Made by a program: the position numbers and the translations under genes
Virus genome (UHGV): UHGV-0342645
Strand: one strand, 5' to 3'
DNA from: a virus
Length of the DNA stretch: 59,919 bases
The notes under the pieces: generated by a model
The model's database searches: none
Told to the model about the DNA's origin: nothing
Seen by the model: the letters and a program-made list of their open reading frames with translations, nothing else
Part shown: piece after piece, positions 56,183-59,919 of the stretch
Numbering within the stretch: position 1 is the stretch's first letter
Layout: every line of letters starts with the position of its first letter

Positions 56183-56689
56183 TCACCGTATTAATCTGTT
56201 ACCCATTTGATAACCCAGCAAAGGTGATAAAAACGTCATAGCTTTATCATATGTTTTTGCTGGACCTGACTGTGCTGTGCTACCAGTTGCATATTCAATC
56301 TCAAGACCTTCTACTTTAGTTCTTTTGACTGCATATGCAGTAGTTTTCCCATTAAGAGGACCGCCAGTAGCTGAGTCCGCTGTAAGCTGGCAAACAGCGT
56401 TTATAAGCGCCTTTGGCAAAGGGCTTTGGGGTAGCTCGAACCCATCCACAAACACCCCGTAGCGTGGCCAATTTAGGGGTTGCTGTGGGTCCATTTTATA
56501 ACCCTTAAACCGTTGGCCGTATCCTTCCACAAAATCCATAGCGTCGAAGATCTTTGTCTTTAGATCTTCATCTTCACTTGGAAGTACAATACCTCGCATT
56601 GCGGCATACATCCGGACTTGTTCAATGGTCACATAACTGTTGGCGTCCGGTACACCAGTACCATCTTCAACTATCAGTGGAATCTCCAT
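56183..56689 (-). CDS. head-tail connector (adaptor) protein
   Basis: 168 aa; synteny only. Confidence 0.4.
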   Translation of the reverse strand: MEIPLIVEDGTGVPDANSYVTIEQVRMYAAMRGIVLPSEDEDLKTKIFDAMDFVEGYGQRFKGYKMDPQQPLNWPRYGVFVDGFELPQSPLPKALINAVCQLTADSATGGPLNGKTTAYAVKRTKVEGLEIEYATGSTAQSGPAKTYDKAMTFLSPLLGYQMGNRLIR

Positions 56690-56827
56690 CTTTCTTCCTC
56701 ATTGCGATGGTTGTAGGGATAAGTGGCGGGAGCTCTTCTTCAGGAACAGAAACGGCGTCTTCTTGACGCCGTTTTCTATTACGTCGGAGGAGCCACAACA
56801 CATATTGTCTATGGCTCATTTCCATGA

Positions 56828-57481
56828 TTAACCTCGACGCATCATATTACGTGCAACCATACGGGCAACCGGATCGTCAATAGGGTTCTGGAAGCGATGG
56901 TCAGAAAGCATGTCTTCCGGTTTACGTTTTTTCTGCGCTTCAAGATACATCTGAGTTGCAGTAAGACCGGACTTAGGACGACGACTTTCCTGCTCAACAA
57001 TAATCTTATCCAGATCCGCTTGAACGTCTGCAATAGCAAGCTCCAGCGCGTGCTTAGTGTCAGCAATCTCTTTAACCACATTGCTAAGCTTTTCACGCTT
57101 CGCTTTCAGTTCTTCATCGGTTAAGCTGGAAGTGTCACCGATTTTTTCCGGCTCCAGAAGAGCACGCAGTGCTTCGCTAATCTTAACTTCGATTTGCATC
57201 GTTGCAACCGCGACTTTCTTTTGTTCTTCATGAGCTTTCTCCTGTTTGACAGCTTCATGTAAAACTGGATCAGCAGATTTAACAGGTTCCACTGGCTCTG
57301 GCTCTTCCAGCACGCGGTTATCGCGGGTAAACAGCGGAGCAGCAGTTGTAATATCGTCGCGGGTTAAAGACGGGTTAGCGGTAGCGAAACGCAGAGCGTC
57401 AACTTTAGGTAAGCCATCGCTGGTCCAATGATTCGGGTTATCCGGATCAAGTTCTAACAATGCTTCAATTAATGTCTTCAT
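56828..57481 (-). CDS. hypothetical structural-module protein
   Basis: 217 aa; acidic, coiled-coil. Confidence 0.4.
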   Translation of the reverse strand: MKTLIEALLELDPDNPNHWTSDGLPKVDALRFATANPSLTRDDITTAAPLFTRDNRVLEEPEPVEPVKSADPVLHEAVKQEKAHEEQKKVAVATMQIEVKISEALRALLEPEKIGDTSSLTDEELKAKREKLSNVVKEIADTKHALELAIADVQADLDKIIVEQESRRPKSGLTATQMYLEAQKKRKPEDMLSDHRFQNPIDDPVARMVARNMMRRG

Positions 57482-57498
57482 TGTTTAATCCTTATTTT

Positions 57499-57822
57499 TT
57501 AGGTCACATTAATAACACATGTACCAGTAACACTATCCTTTGCCTTGGACGTTACTGTCAAGTTTGAAGTACCACTGCTTGCGGTTGTGGTCACGGTAAT
57601 TGTACCGTCCCCGTTGTCTTTAATTGTAGCAGAGGAACCGTCAACTGACGCGCTATACGCTTTGTTTGTAGTTCCGCCTGGGACAAAGTTTATTTTAACA
57701 GTAACCGTCTTTACTTCTGAAGTTGTGGTGTCAATCTTAGCAGGATCGAGAGTAATCGAAATTGGCTCCACCTGCAACGATTTTTCCATCAAGTCATGTC
57801 GTTCATAACGTTGATAACGCAT
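57499..57822 (-). CDS. Ig-like (Big_2-type) domain head decoration protein
   Basis: 107 aa; Thr/Ser-rich beta-strand pattern (TVTVKINF...DGTITVTTTASSGTSNLTVTSKAKDSVTGTCVINVT) typical of bacterial Ig-like domains; immediately after the capsid gene. Confidence 0.5.
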   Translation of the reverse strand: MRYQRYERHDLMEKSLQVEPISITLDPAKIDTTTSEVKTVTVKINFVPGGTTNKAYSASVDGSSATIKDNGDGTITVTTTASSGTSNLTVTSKAKDSVTGTCVINVT

Positions 57823-57891
57823 GGTTGTTCTCCTAAAAAAGAGGGGACATAAATGTCCCCAAAATACTACAGCGCGGCGTTGAGTGAAGCC

Positions 57892-58953
57892 TTAGGAACC
57901 CTGATACTCACGAGTGATCAGGCGTGCGACTTTAAGCTGCTTGCGCTCAAGGAACGCACGACGCCAGGAATCTTCATGGGCCAGGTTGTTAGTGGTAGCA
58001 GCGTTAGACGGACCACCTTTAGCAGTTTGGGCAGCAGCCCAAGCATGACCGACCGGATGCAGAATCCATTCAACACGGTTGTGAAGAACTTCTTCACCAG
58101 CACCATTGTTAGCAGCTTCGTCACGAACCACAGCGGTCGGAACTTTTGGTGAACCAGCACCCATTGCAGTCGCGCCCGGGCCGAACAGCCAGCTTTCAAA
58201 GATACCAGTAGACGGATCGTGCGGCATGGAGTCGTCTTCAATAATACGCAAACCCTGATAATACTCGAACTGAGTTTCACCGCGAGCATCCGGAATGAAG
58301 TCGATCAGGTTCAGCTGACGCATACGATTACGAACGGTAGAGTGTACCATAATCATGGTCAGACCACGAGCAGCATCACCCATCGTTGCAGTTGCGTTGA
58401 TGAAGTTAGACGCGGTAAAGTTGGTCTGGTTGTTTACAAATGAAGAACCGGAAATATCGAACGTCAGATCGTCCGAATGGGATTTCTTGGCATTAGCAAA
58501 TACACCTTTCCAGGTTGCAATGTATGCAGCTTGCAGACGGCGAACCCACCACGCAGACACGCGATTACCGATAGCGGTCATTGGGTCGTTACCAATCAAA
58601 GCAGATACCAGATCCGCAGAACCCCAGGATTTTGAGCGACTCATACGAACCTGAACTTCAGATCCGGTAGTGATGTTTGACGGTTTGGACGGAGCACCTT
58701 TATCGATCGCAATATCTTCGTCTTCGTCTTTCAGGTCATTATAGAACGGCTCGTTAAAAGTCAAACCTGCACCAGCAAGGTTAGCAGATAAACGCTCGTC
58801 CATTACAACTGCACCGGATTGAATCAGAGCAGAAAGTTCAGCGGTCTGCGTCTGCACATAACCAGTGAAGATTTCAGGGACGATCACGTCAGCCAAACGA
58901 GTCAGGTCACTGTCACCACGACCAAATGGCAGAATAATTTTAGATTTAGACAT
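57892..58953 (-). CDS. major capsid protein (HK97-fold)
   Basis: 353 aa; position after the scaffold gene; size and composition typical of an MCP. Confidence 0.75.
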   Translation of the reverse strand: MSKSKIILPFGRGDSDLTRLADVIVPEIFTGYVQTQTAELSALIQSGAVVMDERLSANLAGAGLTFNEPFYNDLKDEDEDIAIDKGAPSKPSNITTGSEVQVRMSRSKSWGSADLVSALIGNDPMTAIGNRVSAWWVRRLQAAYIATWKGVFANAKKSHSDDLTFDISGSSFVNNQTNFTASNFINATATMGDAARGLTMIMVHSTVRNRMRQLNLIDFIPDARGETQFEYYQGLRIIEDDSMPHDPSTGIFESWLFGPGATAMGAGSPKVPTAVVRDEAANNGAGEEVLHNRVEWILHPVGHAWAAAQTAKGGPSNAATTNNLAHEDSWRRAFLERKQLKVARLITREYQGS

Positions 58954-59075
58954 ACTTGTCTCCAGGAAAAGGATTGATTTGTTTACTGTTGGTAGCCTTT
59001 CCCCGTGGAAGGCTGTTTAGGAACCCGTGTCCCTGATGTGTTGAAACTTAACATCAGGGACGTCGGGATGTCAAC

Positions 59076-59876
59076 TTATTTCTTAGCAGGACGTACAGGC
59101 TTCAGTGGGTCTACGCCATTCTTTTCAGCTAAACGTTTAGCTAAAGATTGGTTAGTTTTCCAGAGATTCATCTGCTTAGAGATGTTCCAACCGTCGTGAC
59201 TGTATGGATCTTCACCGTGATGGCCACCCGCGCCCGGACCAGATGCACCACCACCAGCAGATCCTTCAACCCAGTGCGGACGTTTCGGAAGGATTTCGTT
59301 CAGCCAGTCCGCCGGAGTTAGGTAAGGAGTTACACCAGCCCCATCTTTCGTAACCACATTACCGTTCTCGTCGACAGTCATTTGCAACTGCGCATAAGTT
59401 ACAGCGTCTTCGATAGCAGATGGACGCAATTTAGCACCAGAAGCAGCGGCAATAACTGCATCTTTAATCTTCGCTTTAGTTTCGCGAGTGCGGTAGCCTT
59501 CAATTTCCTGCTTAACCGTGTCACGCTCGGCGATAACAGTTTGCAATTGACGCTCGAGCGGCGCAAGACGGGCTTTGACCATCTTCTCAATGTCTTCCGG
59601 ATTGCCTTTACCGTTAGCAGCAGCTTCCAGCTCAGGGATACGATCCAAATCCGCCAGGACTTCTTCAACTGGACGCCCCAGTGCGCTAATTTGTTGTTTC
59701 ACCTGACGATGATCGTTACGCTCTTTTGCTAACGCACTTTCCAGACGACGAACGCTATCAGCAGGTGCTACACCTTTGACTTTTGCAAGAACGTATTTAC
59801 CGCCCTGCTCTGCGTAAAGAGTTGCAAATTCCGCTGGGATTTCTTCCGCAGATGCGTACTCGTATTGTAATTCCAC
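59076..59876 (-). CDS. putative head scaffolding protein
   Basis: 266 aa, coiled-coil rich with a Gly-rich C-terminal segment; lies between portal (across the window boundary) and capsid. Confidence 0.45.
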   Translation of the reverse strand: MELQYEYASAEEIPAEFATLYAEQGGKYVLAKVKGVAPADSVRRLESALAKERNDHRQVKQQISALGRPVEEVLADLDRIPELEAAANGKGNPEDIEKMVKARLAPLERQLQTVIAERDTVKQEIEGYRTRETKAKIKDAVIAAASGAKLRPSAIEDAVTYAQLQMTVDENGNVVTKDGAGVTPYLTPADWLNEILPKRPHWVEGSAGGGASGPGAGGHHGEDPYSHDGWNISKQMNLWKTNQSLAKRLAEKNGVDPLKPVRPAKK

Positions 59877-59919
59877 ATCACCTTCACCGCGAGCGCGTGG
59901 ATTAATTAAAGCAAAACCA

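Overview
This window looks like a complete or near-complete genome of a tailed dsDNA siphophage of enterobacteria (about 59.9 kb), with three strand blocks. (1) A minus-strand arm (9994 down to 125) carries small early-type genes, an HslV/proteasome-like peptidase, a C39-like peptidase, a lysis cassette (endolysin candidate, holin, overlapping Rz/Rz1 spanins), terminase small and large subunits, and portal. It continues across the window end into (3). (2) A plus-strand block (10949 to 39403) carries replication, recombination and nucleotide-metabolism genes (prim-pol/helicase, SF2 helicase, ATP-dependent ligase, RNase H, Sak4-like ATPase, SSB-like protein, Cas4-like nuclease, dUTPase, DNA polymerase). 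It also contains a 7-deazaguanine DNA-hypermodification island (QueE, QueC, YhhQ/QueT-like transporter, QueD, FolE, HNH endonuclease, DpdA transglycosylase) interspersed with small unknown genes. (3) A minus-strand late block (59876 down to 39432) carries scaffold, HK97-fold capsid, Ig-like decoration protein, connector proteins, major tail protein, a G/GT chaperone pair joined by an apparent programmed -1 frameshift, tape measure, lambda M/L/K/J-like tail-tip proteins, two tail fibres (one with an S74 chaperone domain), and a Cor/Llp-like lipoprotein on the opposite strand. I found no integrase, repressor, tRNA or CRISPR, so the phage is probably virulent. The gene content resembles Seuratvirus/Nonagvirus-type (CAjan/9g-like) queuovirines, but I assign this from memory of gene content, not from a search. 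Non-coding highlights are an AT-rich iteron array (12760-13230), a GC-rich island with CTGTGCG repeats plus a 13-bp-stem hairpin (10190-10335), a roughly 300-nt promoter-to-terminator non-coding unit with internal repeats (17924-18264), and numerous intrinsic terminators.
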